A DNA stretch of 64,000 nt, from the NCBI GenBank assembly GCA_964230645.1, contig CAXRHT010000001.1, forward strand, positions 32,001 to 96,000, in the 5' to 3' direction. The notes beneath the pieces are model-generated. The model did no database searches. It saw nothing but the letters and a program-made list of their open reading frames with translations, and was not told the DNA's origin. The DNA comes from Bdellovibrionales bacterium (GTDB lineage: Bacteria; Bdellovibrionota; Bdellovibrionia; Bdellovibrionales; JAGQZY01). Position 1 is the stretch's first letter. Every line of letters starts with the position of its first letter. The position numbers and the translations under genes were made by a program. Below, in pieces: positions 18,307 through 27,975 of the stretch.

Positions 18307-18754
18307 AAGTAAGCAAAACATATTCCCGCTCATCTCAATTCGCCGGAACAGGAGGAAGACTGGTGCTTCCCAAATTTAATTTCCTGGAATCTCCTCAGGG
18401 TGGAGAGCCATTCAGTCAGGCAAGGATTAAAGGTTTTTGATGAGTTGAGTCAAAGACTCCCTCCCTTTCTTTCTCGTTTAAATCGTCATCCCTTTTTCTG
18501 ACGAGAAGTTTTGAAAACCATTGAAATCAGTGGGAAATTTTCAATTCCATAAACCTTGCTATCAAGTCTAAGAGACTCATTTTTGCTTGAGGCTTCGTCA
18601 CCGCCCTTAAATTGAGTGCAATGATTCTGCAATTTGTCAGTGGCTTTTTTAGCAATTAAATCCCCTAACTCTCAGCACCAGTGAGGCTTTCCATTGACGC
18701 TCAAGCTTTTTTCTCCCTAAAATTTTGCTCCGAATCTTGAAGGGGGACTTTTCA

Positions 18755-19801
18755 ATGGAATCGTTAATATTCAAATCCGAAGAGCTGACACAAAGAGGCC
18801 GTGGTTTCACCTATGATGACATATTGCTTGTTCCATCAAAATCAGAGATGCGTTCAAGAAGGGATCCTGACCTCAATAGCGCTCTAACCTCCTCTATAGA
18901 AATTAAAATCCCATTTATATCCGCCAATATGGACACTATCACCGAAGCCAATATGGCAATCGCCATGGACGAACAGGGAGGCTTTGGAATTATTCATCGA
19001 TTTATGACCGTCAAAGAACAAGCCACCGAGGTGGCTAAAGTCAAAAAAACAGGAACCTCCCATATTGGTGCAAGCATCGGTGTGGGAGAAGAAAGTAAAG
19101 ACCGAGCCGGAGCTCTTGTCGAAGCAGGAGCCAATGTGATCACAATCGATATTGCTCACGGTCACTCTGTGCAGATGCTTGAGACTATTAAATGGCTTAA
19201 GGACACCTACTCGGAAGTTGCTATTATCGCTGGTAACGTGGCTTCCCCTGAGGGGACATTGGACCTCATTGAAGCCGGTGCCGACGCGATCAAAGTGGGT
19301 ATTGGACCAGGCTCTATGTGCACCACGCGAATTATTACTGGATGCGGGGTTCCTCAGCTCACAGCTGTGGCTCTTTGTTCGCAAGCCGCCCGCGAGAAAA
19401 ATATCCCCGTTATCGCTGACGGCGGTATAAAATCCTCTGGTGACATTATGAAAGCCTTGGCCGCTGGTGCTAGCACCGTCATGCTTGGTAGTATTCTAGC
19501 AGGAACCATTGAAACACCAGGACTTATTCGACATGGCCAAAAGCTTTACCGCGGTATGGCCTCCCGCTCGGCTCAAGACTCCTGGCGTGGTGGAGTTCCG
19601 CAAGGCATGGCTCCCGAGGGTGAGGCCACTAAAGTTTTTGTAAAGGGCCATTTAAGTGATGTGGTTTCTGAACTTGCCGGGGGCCTTCGAAGTGGCATGA
19701 CTTATATCAATGCCAGTAGTGTCAAAGAGATTCGTGAAAAAGCGCGCTTTATGGAAATGACTCCCATGGGTTACAAAGAGTCGACAGCCCACGGACTCTG
19801 A
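18755..19801 (+). CDS. IMP dehydrogenase / GMP reductase family enzyme without CBS domains
   Basis: [39 protein letters not shown] (catalytic Cys), IADGGI, YRGMAS, PEG and GGLRSGMTY. No Bateman domain. Confidence 0.9.
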   Translation: MESLIFKSEELTQRGRGFTYDDILLVPSKSEMRSRRDPDLNSALTSSIEIKIPFISANMDTITEANMAIAMDEQGGFGIIHRFMTVKEQATEVAKVKKTGTSHIGASIGVGEESKDRAGALVEAGANVITIDIAHGHSVQMLETIKWLKDTYSEVAIIAGNVASPEGTLDLIEAGADAIKVGIGPGSMCTTRIITGCGVPQLTAVALCSQAAREKNIPVIADGGIKSSGDIMKALAAGASTVMLGSILAGTIETPGLIRHGQKLYRGMASRSAQDSWRGGVPQGMAPEGEATKVFVKGHLSDVVSELAGGLRSGMTYINASSVKEIREKARFMEMTPMGYKESTAHGL

Positions 19802-19953
19802 TTCACTGAGACTGTCTAGCTTTTCGACATTGCCTTTGTAAGTTTTCTAGCAACAGCGAAGTCTATAGATATAAAAACCTTAGATTGTTAAAATCAGCAA
19901 CGGATTTTAACTTATTGTTTGGAGCTATTAGGTTCTGAAACTGGAAGGTTCTT

Positions 19954-20337
19954 ATGAAGAAAATGTTCATTCTCACAATTACTGTTTTGTTAACAATGGC
20001 TCAAGCCGCCAATGCTTCTTCACTCGCTATTGGAGACTGGTGCCAGAACACCTATGATGATTTCAATGACGTCATGACAATTGATCAAAATGGCACTGTG
20101 AAAAGAGCGACAGTCGGTAACGAAGCTGGGGAATCTTTTGGATTTGTCACCGGAACTCTTTTTGTGGGAGCCTCGAACGTCTCTATGGAAATGGATGGAG
20201 AGGCTCTATCTATTTACGACATCCGTGTTAATACCCATTGGATAACCGGTAAAAAAACTTTGCATATTGATTACTCGGACCGAACCGATGAGGTTTTTGA
20301 GGCTTGTAAAATTGAGTGGTCAAAAGTTCGACGCTGA
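19954..20337 (+). CDS. Hypothetical exported protein (lipocalin-like beta protein possible)
   Basis: 127 aa, signal peptide ending AANA, then IGDW. Confidence 0.7.
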   Translation: MKKMFILTITVLLTMAQAANASSLAIGDWCQNTYDDFNDVMTIDQNGTVKRATVGNEAGESFGFVTGTLFVGASNVSMEMDGEALSIYDIRVNTHWITGKKTLHIDYSDRTDEVFEACKIEWSKVRR

Positions 20338-20373
20338 GACCTTTTATAAAAATTGACTACAGTTTTGATTATC

Positions 20374-20477
20374 TGTCGTCTTGAGCGCAGCGAAAGACCT
20401 AAGATCCTTCGCTACGCTCAGGATGACAATTGGTGACGCTCAGAACGACAATTGGTGACGCTCTGGATGACAATGGT
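20374..20477. repeat. REP-like palindrome with 22-bp tandem tail
   Basis: TGTCGTCTTGAGCGCAGCGAAAGACCTAAGATCCTTCGCTACGCTCAGGATGACA, then about three copies of CGCTCAGGATGACAATTGGTGA. Confidence 0.9.
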
Positions 20478-20618
20478 AAACGAGATCTATCATTAAGCGG
20501 GGACATCAATTTTCTTCTGACTGGTCAGACATTTTTTGATGAGCACTATTTTTTTGACACTTTCGTATTTTTTCCAAGCCCTGTTGTTGTTTCAATCAAT
20601 TGGGTTTTAAATGAAACC

Positions 20619-21149
20619 ATGTGGGCAAAAGCTTTTGTTTTTTTAATAATCCCCTTAATCTCATCTCCTTGCTTTGCTGAGAAACAGACTGAGGTTGAAA
20701 TTAAAGGTGATCTTTTAGTTCCTGAAAATTATGAAAAGAAAAAACAGCTCTTTCAACAAAGAGATCAAGTCATTCCCATGGAGGCTTCAAGTGCTACAAG
20801 TCCCCACGGTTTTGGTAACCAAATCCTTGAGTACCATTTTCAAGGTTTCATCGAACACAACCAATTTAAACCACTGAGCGGCTTAAAAAATATGGAGGAG
20901 TCCGTGAATCGGTCAACCCAAGTGGATTCTTCTTTTGTGAAAATAAAATCGAAGATCGATGTCAAAAACCTTCGGGCCAGACTTGATGTGGAATCCTTTT
21001 TGGACGCCGCTTTTTGGTCAGAGGATAAATTTAAAACTTTTAGAGCGCAGCTAAAACTATTTTCTGAAAACTCCCATATGATCAGTCTTGAGAATCGGTC
21101 TGACTCTCAGGAAACCAAAACCTACCTCAATATCCAGCGCCGCTGGTAG
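20619..21149 (+). CDS. Hypothetical exported protein
   Basis: ATG 20619 opens signal peptide MWAKAFVFLIIPLISSPCFA. The longer ORF-track start lies in REP sequence. Confidence 0.6.
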   Translation: MWAKAFVFLIIPLISSPCFAEKQTEVEIKGDLLVPENYEKKKQLFQQRDQVIPMEASSATSPHGFGNQILEYHFQGFIEHNQFKPLSGLKNMEESVNRSTQVDSSFVKIKSKIDVKNLRARLDVESFLDAAFWSEDKFKTFRAQLKLFSENSHMISLENRSDSQETKTYLNIQRRW

Positions 21150-21311
21150 CGTTTACTTTTAGGAATACCCTTATATCATTTTAGAATTCGACTTCACTCC
21201 CCAAGATTGTTATCACAAGGACATTGAAGCTTCCCATTTAGATGTCACAAAGAAACATCGGGAAGCGAAAGTACAAGATAACAACAACGAACACCTTCAA
21301 AGGGGGAGAAA

Positions 21312-21800
21312 ATGTTAAAGTCTATTATCGCATCCATTTTATTAATAAGTGCCTCATGGTCACTGCAAGCCGCACCCACAGCCGAGCAGCCAGATCGCAA
21401 TGAGGAGGCCTACAATCTCGAAGACCAGAATCTTGGCCTTAAAGGCTTTGATCCTGTCGCCTATTTTTCTGAAAACGGAGGAGAGGCCCTACAGGGAGAC
21501 CCTGAAATTTCTCTAGTTTACGGCAATGTTCTCTATAGATTTTCTTCGGAAGAGAATAAAACCCTTTTCATGGCCAATCCAACCAAGTATGAACCTACTT
21601 ATGGAGGATGGTGCGCATGGGCTATGGCCAACGATTCCTATGCGGATATCAATCCCATGCTATTTACTCAACATGGTAACCGCATGCATTTTTTTATCAG
21701 CCGAGGGGCTAAAGCTCGCTTCGACGCCGATCTAGAATTCCACGAATCTAATGCCGACGACTTCTGGAAGTCCGAGTCCGGTGAGAGCCCGCGCAAGTAA
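21312..21800 (+). CDS. Periplasmic YHS-domain protein
   Basis: Signal peptide, GFDPVAYF, YRFSSEENKTLFMANPTKYEPTYGGWCAWAMA. Confidence 0.9.
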   Translation: MLKSIIASILLISASWSLQAAPTAEQPDRNEEAYNLEDQNLGLKGFDPVAYFSENGGEALQGDPEISLVYGNVLYRFSSEENKTLFMANPTKYEPTYGGWCAWAMANDSYADINPMLFTQHGNRMHFFISRGAKARFDADLEFHESNADDFWKSESGESPRK

Positions 21801-21832
21801 GCAAAACGAGTATTGGGGATAAAAGGGAGAGA

Positions 21833-22867
21833 GTGATGTTTAAAGCAGTGATCGGAATTGTCGCGGCACTATTGATTTCAGCCTGCGGAAATTACAGCAA
21901 TACCACCTCTCCCCTTCCCGGTGAGGGTAATCAAAAAGGCAAAGGCAGCACTGAGGTGAGCTTTGCGCAAATTAAAACTGAAATTTTAGAGCCTCACTGT
22001 ATTAGTTGCCACAAGGGGCGCCACGATGTGTACGAAAACTACCAAATCGTCAAAGCCTCAGCCTTCCAGATGTTAGCACGCATGGAAAGCAATGATCCTT
22101 CACGAAGAATGCCCGAGGATAGCCCTGCACTTCCTGAAGCGACCATCGCCCTTTTTAGAGACTGGGTTAACGCCGGAGCCCCGGAGTTTGGTAACGCTAA
22201 AAGCGATACACCAGACAACAAAGATGACAACACCAGCTCAGAAAATAGGACGATCAGCTTTAGTCAGATCAAGGACCGAGTGCTCGACTCTTACAACTGC
22301 ACAACCTGTCATGCTCAGTATAACAACTACGCTCGGGTCAAAGGGGCACTAGGCTCAATCTCGCAACTAATCATGAATAATGAAATGCCCTTCCCCCAAA
22401 AAAAGGGCGAAGAGGTAATCCCTGTTCGTGCTGAAGATAAAGAGTATTTGCTCACTTGGATCAATCAAGGAGCTCCAGAGTTTGAAGACGGTAGCAGCGA
22501 GACCACGCTTGATACCGAACTTAAACCCACTTACCTTTCGATTCGAAACAATATACTGGGGCCTCGCTGTACAATGTGCCACAACTCCTTTGGTGGCCGT
22601 GGTCCTAAAAACTTTGACAGCCTTCTTGAGATTAAAAAGTCAGACGAAAACCCAAAATCACCTCTTTTTGATTTTGATGACCCTTTTAACTCGCGCTTTA
22701 TCGGTGCGATTATCGCTCGCCCCGGACAATTGTTTTTTGATCCAATGCCCTACGTGAGTGAATTCGATGATGTTGAAACAGAGTTTCCTCCAGTGACGGA
22801 TGAGGAATTAAAAGTAATAGAAGAATGGATTAAACTTAAACTACCTTATGACGAGAGTGAATTATGA
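21833..22867 (+). CDS. Lipoprotein with three tandem c-type cytochrome domains
   Basis: Lipobox ISAC. CISCH, CTTCH and CTMCH, each preceded by (S/T)(F/Y)xxI and followed by MP...W(I/V). Confidence 0.85.
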   Translation: MMFKAVIGIVAALLISACGNYSNTTSPLPGEGNQKGKGSTEVSFAQIKTEILEPHCISCHKGRHDVYENYQIVKASAFQMLARMESNDPSRRMPEDSPALPEATIALFRDWVNAGAPEFGNAKSDTPDNKDDNTSSENRTISFSQIKDRVLDSYNCTTCHAQYNNYARVKGALGSISQLIMNNEMPFPQKKGEEVIPVRAEDKEYLLTWINQGAPEFEDGSSETTLDTELKPTYLSIRNNILGPRCTMCHNSFGGRGPKNFDSLLEIKKSDENPKSPLFDFDDPFNSRFIGAIIARPGQLFFDPMPYVSEFDDVETEFPPVTDEELKVIEEWIKLKLPYDESEL

Positions 22868-23412
22868 AACATATATTAATTATTTTAAGCCTAATTGTTA
22901 GCTTTTCAGCTCAGGCCGCCGTGAAATACCAATTTGAACCGGGGCTTGGCAAAGTGGAGTTTAAAACTAAAGGTTGGCCCAACCTTATTACCATCAAGGG
23001 AGAGGGCACAGGGGTCACAGGTACTTTGATGGAAGATGGCAAAAAAGTATCGGGAGATTTGGTTTTTAATCTGGACACTTTGAAAACAGGGATTTCCCTT
23101 AGAGACGACCATATGAAAAACAAATATCTTCAGGTCAAAAAACATCCAGAGGCAAAATTAAGCCTTAAACAAGTGGAAGTTCCGGAAAACCTCAATGGAG
23201 AATTTGATTTTATGGGTGAACTTGAACTCCACGGCACGAAAAAAAGTGTCAAAGGCCAAGCGGAGTTAGAAGAGGAAGACGGTCAGATTGTAATCAAAGG
23301 GAGTATCCCGATCAAACTTTCGGAATTTAATATCGACACTCCAAGCTACAAAGGCATCACTGTGGCTGAAAATGTAAATATAAACTTTGAATCTAAGGTC
23401 AAAAAGCAATAA
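22864..23412 (+). CDS. YceI family protein
   Basis: Signal peptide, LKTGISLRDDHMKNKYL and GELELHGTKKSV. ATGA overlap with the upstream gene. Confidence 0.92.
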   Translation: MKHILIILSLIVSFSAQAAVKYQFEPGLGKVEFKTKGWPNLITIKGEGTGVTGTLMEDGKKVSGDLVFNLDTLKTGISLRDDHMKNKYLQVKKHPEAKLSLKQVEVPENLNGEFDFMGELELHGTKKSVKGQAELEEEDGQIVIKGSIPIKLSEFNIDTPSYKGITVAENVNINFESKVKKQ

Positions 23413-23451
23413 GCTTGAGACTCATAAATTCAAACAATTAGAGAGGCTGCA

Positions 23452-24567
23452 GTGAAACAAACTTTCGCTTTGATTCTTTTTCTTTCCGTCATTTTATTTA
23501 ACTTTAAAGCCTCAGCCTTTGTGCAAAACGTCACTCACGGCTACCCCTCTTGCATCGCTTGCCACGTTTCTCCCAATGGCGGAGGACTGCTCACGGACTA
23601 CGGGCGCTCTCTTTCAAAAGAACTGATGAGCACCTGGGGAGTGAGCGATAGTTTTGCTAGACCCTATTTCGGTGTTAAAAACAAAGAGACAGTCAAATTT
23701 GGTGGAGATATCAGGAGCGCTCAAACCTATTTTAAAAACGACACACTGGATGAGGGGAAATTCTTCCTGATGCAACAAAATGTCGAACTGGGAGTGAAAG
23801 TTGACAACGTTATGTTCGTGGGAACTCTTGGCACCCAACAAGGACCGGAAGGAACACCTCGGCGTGGTCAATTTTTGTCTGAAAGACACTATGCCCTCTG
23901 GTCCCCCACTCCTACCAGCCGAGTGCGCGTGGGTAAATTCCGTCAGACCTTTGGAATTAACACTCCTAACCACACTCGCCTGATCAAAAATCTTTTTGGC
24001 TTTGGTGCCTTAAGTGAAACCTACAACCTAGAATACACCCAATTTTTTGAAACCTATGAGGTCACGGTGGGCTCCAGTGTGGGCCGTATTGATCAACCGC
24101 GTGATCCCAGCCGGGAAAAGAATTTATCGGGCCATTTCACCTACTACCTCAATGGTAACTCTCGAATTGGAGGAAGTGTTCTAATGGGTGAGTCCACTCA
24201 GGAAAGACGCTTTCTTACAAGCCTCAATGGAGTGCTACCTCTTGGGGAGGAGTGGATCATTATGTCCGAGCTTGATTACGAACAAAGTCAGTTTGCCGCC
24301 ACTCCTGGGGATGATATAGACACCATCGCAAGTTTTCTCCGCTTTGGAAACAAACCCTTTAAGGGGTTTATGTGGTATCTCCTTTTTGAGCACGCCTCGG
24401 TGGATTCTGATAGCTCCTATTCACTCACTCACAGGCCTGGCATTGGCGTGCAGTGGCTGCCAATTCCCCACTTTAACATCCAGGTGGAATACTTAAGACA
24501 GGTAAACAATACCCTCTATGGCAATCCAAACGAAATTGGCTATGTGATTTTTCATACATACTTATAA
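23452..24567 (+). CDS. Probable outer-membrane beta-barrel with an N-terminal CxxCH motif
   Basis: Signal peptide, then HGYPSCIACHVSPNGGGLLTDYGR. Amphipathic strands (RVRVGKFRQTFG) and C-terminus YVIFHTYL. Confidence 0.75.
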   Translation: MKQTFALILFLSVILFNFKASAFVQNVTHGYPSCIACHVSPNGGGLLTDYGRSLSKELMSTWGVSDSFARPYFGVKNKETVKFGGDIRSAQTYFKNDTLDEGKFFLMQQNVELGVKVDNVMFVGTLGTQQGPEGTPRRGQFLSERHYALWSPTPTSRVRVGKFRQTFGINTPNHTRLIKNLFGFGALSETYNLEYTQFFETYEVTVGSSVGRIDQPRDPSREKNLSGHFTYYLNGNSRIGGSVLMGESTQERRFLTSLNGVLPLGEEWIIMSELDYEQSQFAATPGDDIDTIASFLRFGNKPFKGFMWYLLFEHASVDSDSSYSLTHRPGIGVQWLPIPHFNIQVEYLRQVNNTLYGNPNEIGYVIFHTYL

Positions 24568-24607
24568 TTTTACTTTTCAATGGCTCTATTTTTCCTATAA
24601 TAGGGCT

Positions 24608-25111
24608 ATGAAAAATAAAATCACTCTCTTTGCTATCCTATTCTTTGTACCAACTCTTAGCTTCGCAGCCCCCGTCAAACCCTGGGGCCTGGGAGTCATC
24701 CTTCATAACCCTACGGGGGTGTCTCTAAAGCACCGCTTCTCCAAAGACAATTCACTGGATGCGGCTCTTGGTTATTCCTTTGGCTACACCGACAATATCA
24801 CTCTTCATTCAACTTACTTGTGGGAGTTTAATGAGTCTTTGAAAATCAACGATCATGTCAGCCTTGGTCATTATTTTGGAGTGGGTGGAGCTTTACACTC
24901 AAGAGATCGTAATGAAGATCCACCGCCTTGGGCCGATCGCGATGAGCGTGATGATGAGTTTGGGCTGGCGGTCCGAGGTGTTGCCGGAATGAACTATTAT
25001 TTTGACGATCCAACATTTGAGGTTTTTGCCGAAGTGGCCTTAAATTTCTTTATAGTTCCTGGAACCGATGCCGATTTAGACATTGCTGTCGGCGGTCGTT
25101 ACTTCTTCTAA
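24608..25111 (+). CDS. Small outer-membrane beta-barrel (DUF3996-like)
   Basis: WGLGVILHNPTGVSLK...FEVFAEVA...AVGGRYFF. Confidence 0.75.
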   Translation: MKNKITLFAILFFVPTLSFAAPVKPWGLGVILHNPTGVSLKHRFSKDNSLDAALGYSFGYTDNITLHSTYLWEFNESLKINDHVSLGHYFGVGGALHSRDRNEDPPPWADRDERDDEFGLAVRGVAGMNYYFDDPTFEVFAEVALNFFIVPGTDADLDIAVGGRYFF

Positions 25112-25120
25112 ACTTTCCAT

Positions 25121-25150
25121 AAAAAAACCCTCCCCGTTTGAAGGGAGGGC
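25121..25150. terminator. Intrinsic terminator between convergent genes
   Basis: A-tract followed by hairpin CCCTCCC-CGTTTGAA-GGGAGGG. Confidence 0.65.
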
Positions 25151-25203
25151 TAGCGCGGATAAGGTTACCAATACTAAATGCCCCTCACTGGCATTTAATC
25201 TTT

Positions 25204-25521
25204 TTAATCATTCATTGAAATTTCGTGTAGAACAGCTGGCTTTTCATCTTTATTCACCGTTTGCGTGGTCTTTTCTTTTTGTAAATCACTGTCTTTGGAT
25301 TCAACAAGAATGCCGGACTCCACTTTAACAGAGGAAACATCTCTTTCATTCCACTCACTCATTTGTTCATGCTCTTGTTGATACTTTTCTTTCATATTTT
25401 CGTTGTACTCTTTATTAGACTCCGAAACTGCCTGCCTTAAGGCTAAAAAGCTGCTTTCTTTTTCAAATCCATAAGAAGTGTTCGCTAACAAAAGAATCAC
25501 TAAAACATTTAATACTTTCAT
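25204..25521 (-). CDS. Hypothetical small exported protein
   Basis: ATG 25521 (MKVLNVLVILLLANTSYG) after a GGGGG RBS. Confidence 0.65.
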   Translation of the reverse strand: MKVLNVLVILLLANTSYGFEKESSFLALRQAVSESNKEYNENMKEKYQQEHEQMSEWNERDVSSVKVESGILVESKDSDLQKEKTTQTVNKDEKPAVLHEISMND

Positions 25522-25557
25522 CTTCGCCCCCCAGCGTTTCATTTGCTTTTCTATTAT

Positions 25558-25573
25558 TGCAAGGGGGCTGCCA
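25558..25573 (-). promoter_or_regulatory. Putative sigma54 promoter
   Basis: Minus strand TGGCAGCCCCCTTGCA, 36 nt upstream of ATG 25521. Confidence 0.65.
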
Positions 25574-25825
25574 AACCTAGGGGCCTAAAACTAAGCTTAA
25601 AGTTGTATTTTTTGTTGAGCTTTTTCTCACCTGAGACTCGCCTTCACGGATTTCCACATTGAAACAAATCTTATGTTTCATCGCGAGAAAAACGGGGTTG
25701 GATCTGCGGTATTTAGTAAATTTTATGACAGACGGTCGCTAAGTATCTGAATTGTTTTGGTTTTTATTAGACACGGAACACTGTAGTCCGGTGTTTTTTA
25801 CGTTCATAGCCTAAAGCATGCCGTC

Positions 25826-26048
25826 TTGGGCAAGAACATGTCGTCTTGAGTGAAGCGAAAGACCTTAGATCCTTCGCTACGCTCAGAATGACGATAGGTC
25901 GCTTTGGGTAAGAACATGTCGTCTTGAGCGGAAGCGAAAGACCTTAGATCCTTCGCTGCGCTCAGGATGACATATAGAAACTACGCTCAGGATGATAAAT
26001 GGAAACTGCACTTAGAAGGACAAATGGAAACTGCGCTCATCATGACAA
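25826..26048. repeat. REP-like cluster: two palindromic units plus a degenerating tandem tail
   Basis: Two copies of AAGAACATGTCGTCTTGAG(T/C)G(G)AAGCGAAAGACCTTAGATCCTTCGCT(A/G)CGCTCAG(A/G)ATGAC, then ~25-bp units AAACT(A/G)CGCTCAGGATGA.A.ATGG. Confidence 0.9.
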
Positions 26049-26096
26049 TAGGAGGGCATAAGGTCATCCACCGAAAATAGTAGACCTGAAAGAATA

Positions 26097-27824
26097 TTAA
26101 GAGGCTTTAAAGAAGTGCAATACCGGATTTCGTACCGGTGCAAGTTTTGGGTCGGCATTGAAGAGGGCTATCACTTCGGTGCGCTTTCCAAAATCTATAT
26201 TAAAGACAACTAGATCAGAGTTTTCAATGATTTGATGAAGCCCACGTCCGCCTCCCGCCTTATCGGCACGATTGTCATTAAGGGATTCTTTACTGGTGTA
26301 ACATTTCTCAAGATATTTAAATAAGGTAGTGGCTTCAAGCCCTCCAAAAGGGTCCTCAACAGAGACAGCCAGTAAAACCCCATCGGTGGCAAATCGAACC
26401 AGGGGTCTATGGGCTTCATTGAGTACCACCGTTTCAGTACGGTCCTTGTGATTATATAGAGGTTTACCCTCTTTATCCTTAGGGGCGTCGTAAACGGCAT
26501 TCATAAGGAGCTCTTCAAGAACGGTCGTAAGGCGACCTCGATTGCTTGAGCGTATTCCTGACTGATTAAAATAATCATCTATCTTTTCTATCACTTCGAA
26601 ACGATGCTCACTGCCCTCAACTTCTAACTCTTTTGAGTCCACGCCCCAGGCCATATATTTTTCCAGTCCAAAATAATTTCCACTGGCAAGCTTTGAAATT
26701 GTCGTCACAAAATTTTTGATGGTAAACTGTTTATCATCCTCGTCTCTGAAAATTACATTTGGAATAAACTTATGCTTCAGTAATGTAGAGACATATTGAG
26801 GGATATCTTTTGAGGCGACAAAGACCATTTTTAGATCCGGGTATTTGTTGATTAAATTTTCGGTTAAATCTAAAAACTCTTCTGTGAACAAAAGGATATT
26901 AAAGTCTTTTTGCGATAATTTTTCTTCAACTTCCTCTCTGCTTGCCGCCACTTCAAGTTGAATACCCGTTCCACCAAGCGCCATCCTTGCAATGGTTTGT
27001 TGTTTTTTTACGGACTCTGCAAAAAGAACTTTCTTTGAGTTCATGGACTTCTCTGCCAAAAAACTTGTAGTCAGAGGTTCAATACGATTCATGGAGCGCT
27101 TTAAATTCCTTTTGACCGAATCGATACCCGGCAGAATATTGGGATCTAGTGGATTTATCTTTTCCATAAGGGGGCGAAGGTTTTTTTCTAAAAGCTCACC
27201 AAGAGCGGTAAAGGTAAGATCCCGGCTCTGATAAAGATCCTTAATTTTATTATGTGAGGCCACCAATTCTGTGTTTTTTTGTTTTAATTCCTGCAGCTGG
27301 CGAGCAATTTTTTGAGTGCGATCTTCCACTTTTATTTCAAGACTTGCGTTGGCTGCTTTTAATTTCTCTTGAGCCATCTCTAGCTCACTAACAAAACCTT
27401 CTATCTTTTTAGCTTTTTGATTCGTGGCCTCAAGCTTCTGCACAAGTATGTCCGAATATATTTTATAGACATTCCAGTCGCCTGTGTTGTTTTCACTGCA
27501 GATCTTATGAAGAGAGGGGCCGTCAATTTTTAAAACTTGGGTGGATTGACTCGCCTGTATCGATGCGGAGGAAGATTTTTGACTGATCAGACTCATCTCT
27601 CCAATAAGATCACCAGGCTCATGCAGTTTGGCCACCAATCCACCATCGACTTTAACATCAAGTTCACCGGAGACTAAAAAATACAGATGATGATTTCTTT
27701 TACCCTGCTCAAGGAGGTTTTCACCTGGAGCCAGTTTTAAGGTTTCGACACAAGACTCTAGTTTTCCCAATAAGAACTCTGGAAAGTTTCTAAAAAAATC
27801 GAGATCCTTAAGTTCAAGCGCCAT
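26097..27824 (-). CDS. Cyclic-nucleotide-binding protein with coiled coil, degenerate receiver and GHKL/anti-sigma-kinase-like C-terminal domain
   Basis: LYFLVSGELDV..GDLIGEMSLI..SSASIQA (cNMP). EELLMNAVYDA, SVEDPFGG and GGRGLHQI (N/G1/G2-like boxes). Confidence 0.75.
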   Translation of the reverse strand: MALELKDLDFFRNFPEFLLGKLESCVETLKLAPGENLLEQGKRNHHLYFLVSGELDVKVDGGLVAKLHEPGDLIGEMSLISQKSSSASIQASQSTQVLKIDGPSLHKICSENNTGDWNVYKIYSDILVQKLEATNQKAKKIEGFVSELEMAQEKLKAANASLEIKVEDRTQKIARQLQELKQKNTELVASHNKIKDLYQSRDLTFTALGELLEKNLRPLMEKINPLDPNILPGIDSVKRNLKRSMNRIEPLTTSFLAEKSMNSKKVLFAESVKKQQTIARMALGGTGIQLEVAASREEVEEKLSQKDFNILLFTEEFLDLTENLINKYPDLKMVFVASKDIPQYVSTLLKHKFIPNVIFRDEDDKQFTIKNFVTTISKLASGNYFGLEKYMAWGVDSKELEVEGSEHRFEVIEKIDDYFNQSGIRSSNRGRLTTVLEELLMNAVYDAPKDKEGKPLYNHKDRTETVVLNEAHRPLVRFATDGVLLAVSVEDPFGGLEATTLFKYLEKCYTSKESLNDNRADKAGGGRGLHQIIENSDLVVFNIDFGKRTEVIALFNADPKLAPVRNPVLHFFKAS

Positions 27825-27975
27825 AAAACTAGCTATTCCCCTTTGAGAGATGATTGTTTCTGAAAAGAGCTAGTCTTAAAAGGTCTCTAAAGCTCTTCCT
27901 TACAACAATCCTATCGGAGAAAATTTAAATCTAATGAAATCCACAAGACCAAGGTCGCCTATGAAACATAATAAA

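Noticed and set aside
21312..21800. Selenoprotein version of the YHS protein
   Set aside because: The GGWC position is a TGC Cys codon and there is no in-frame TGA.
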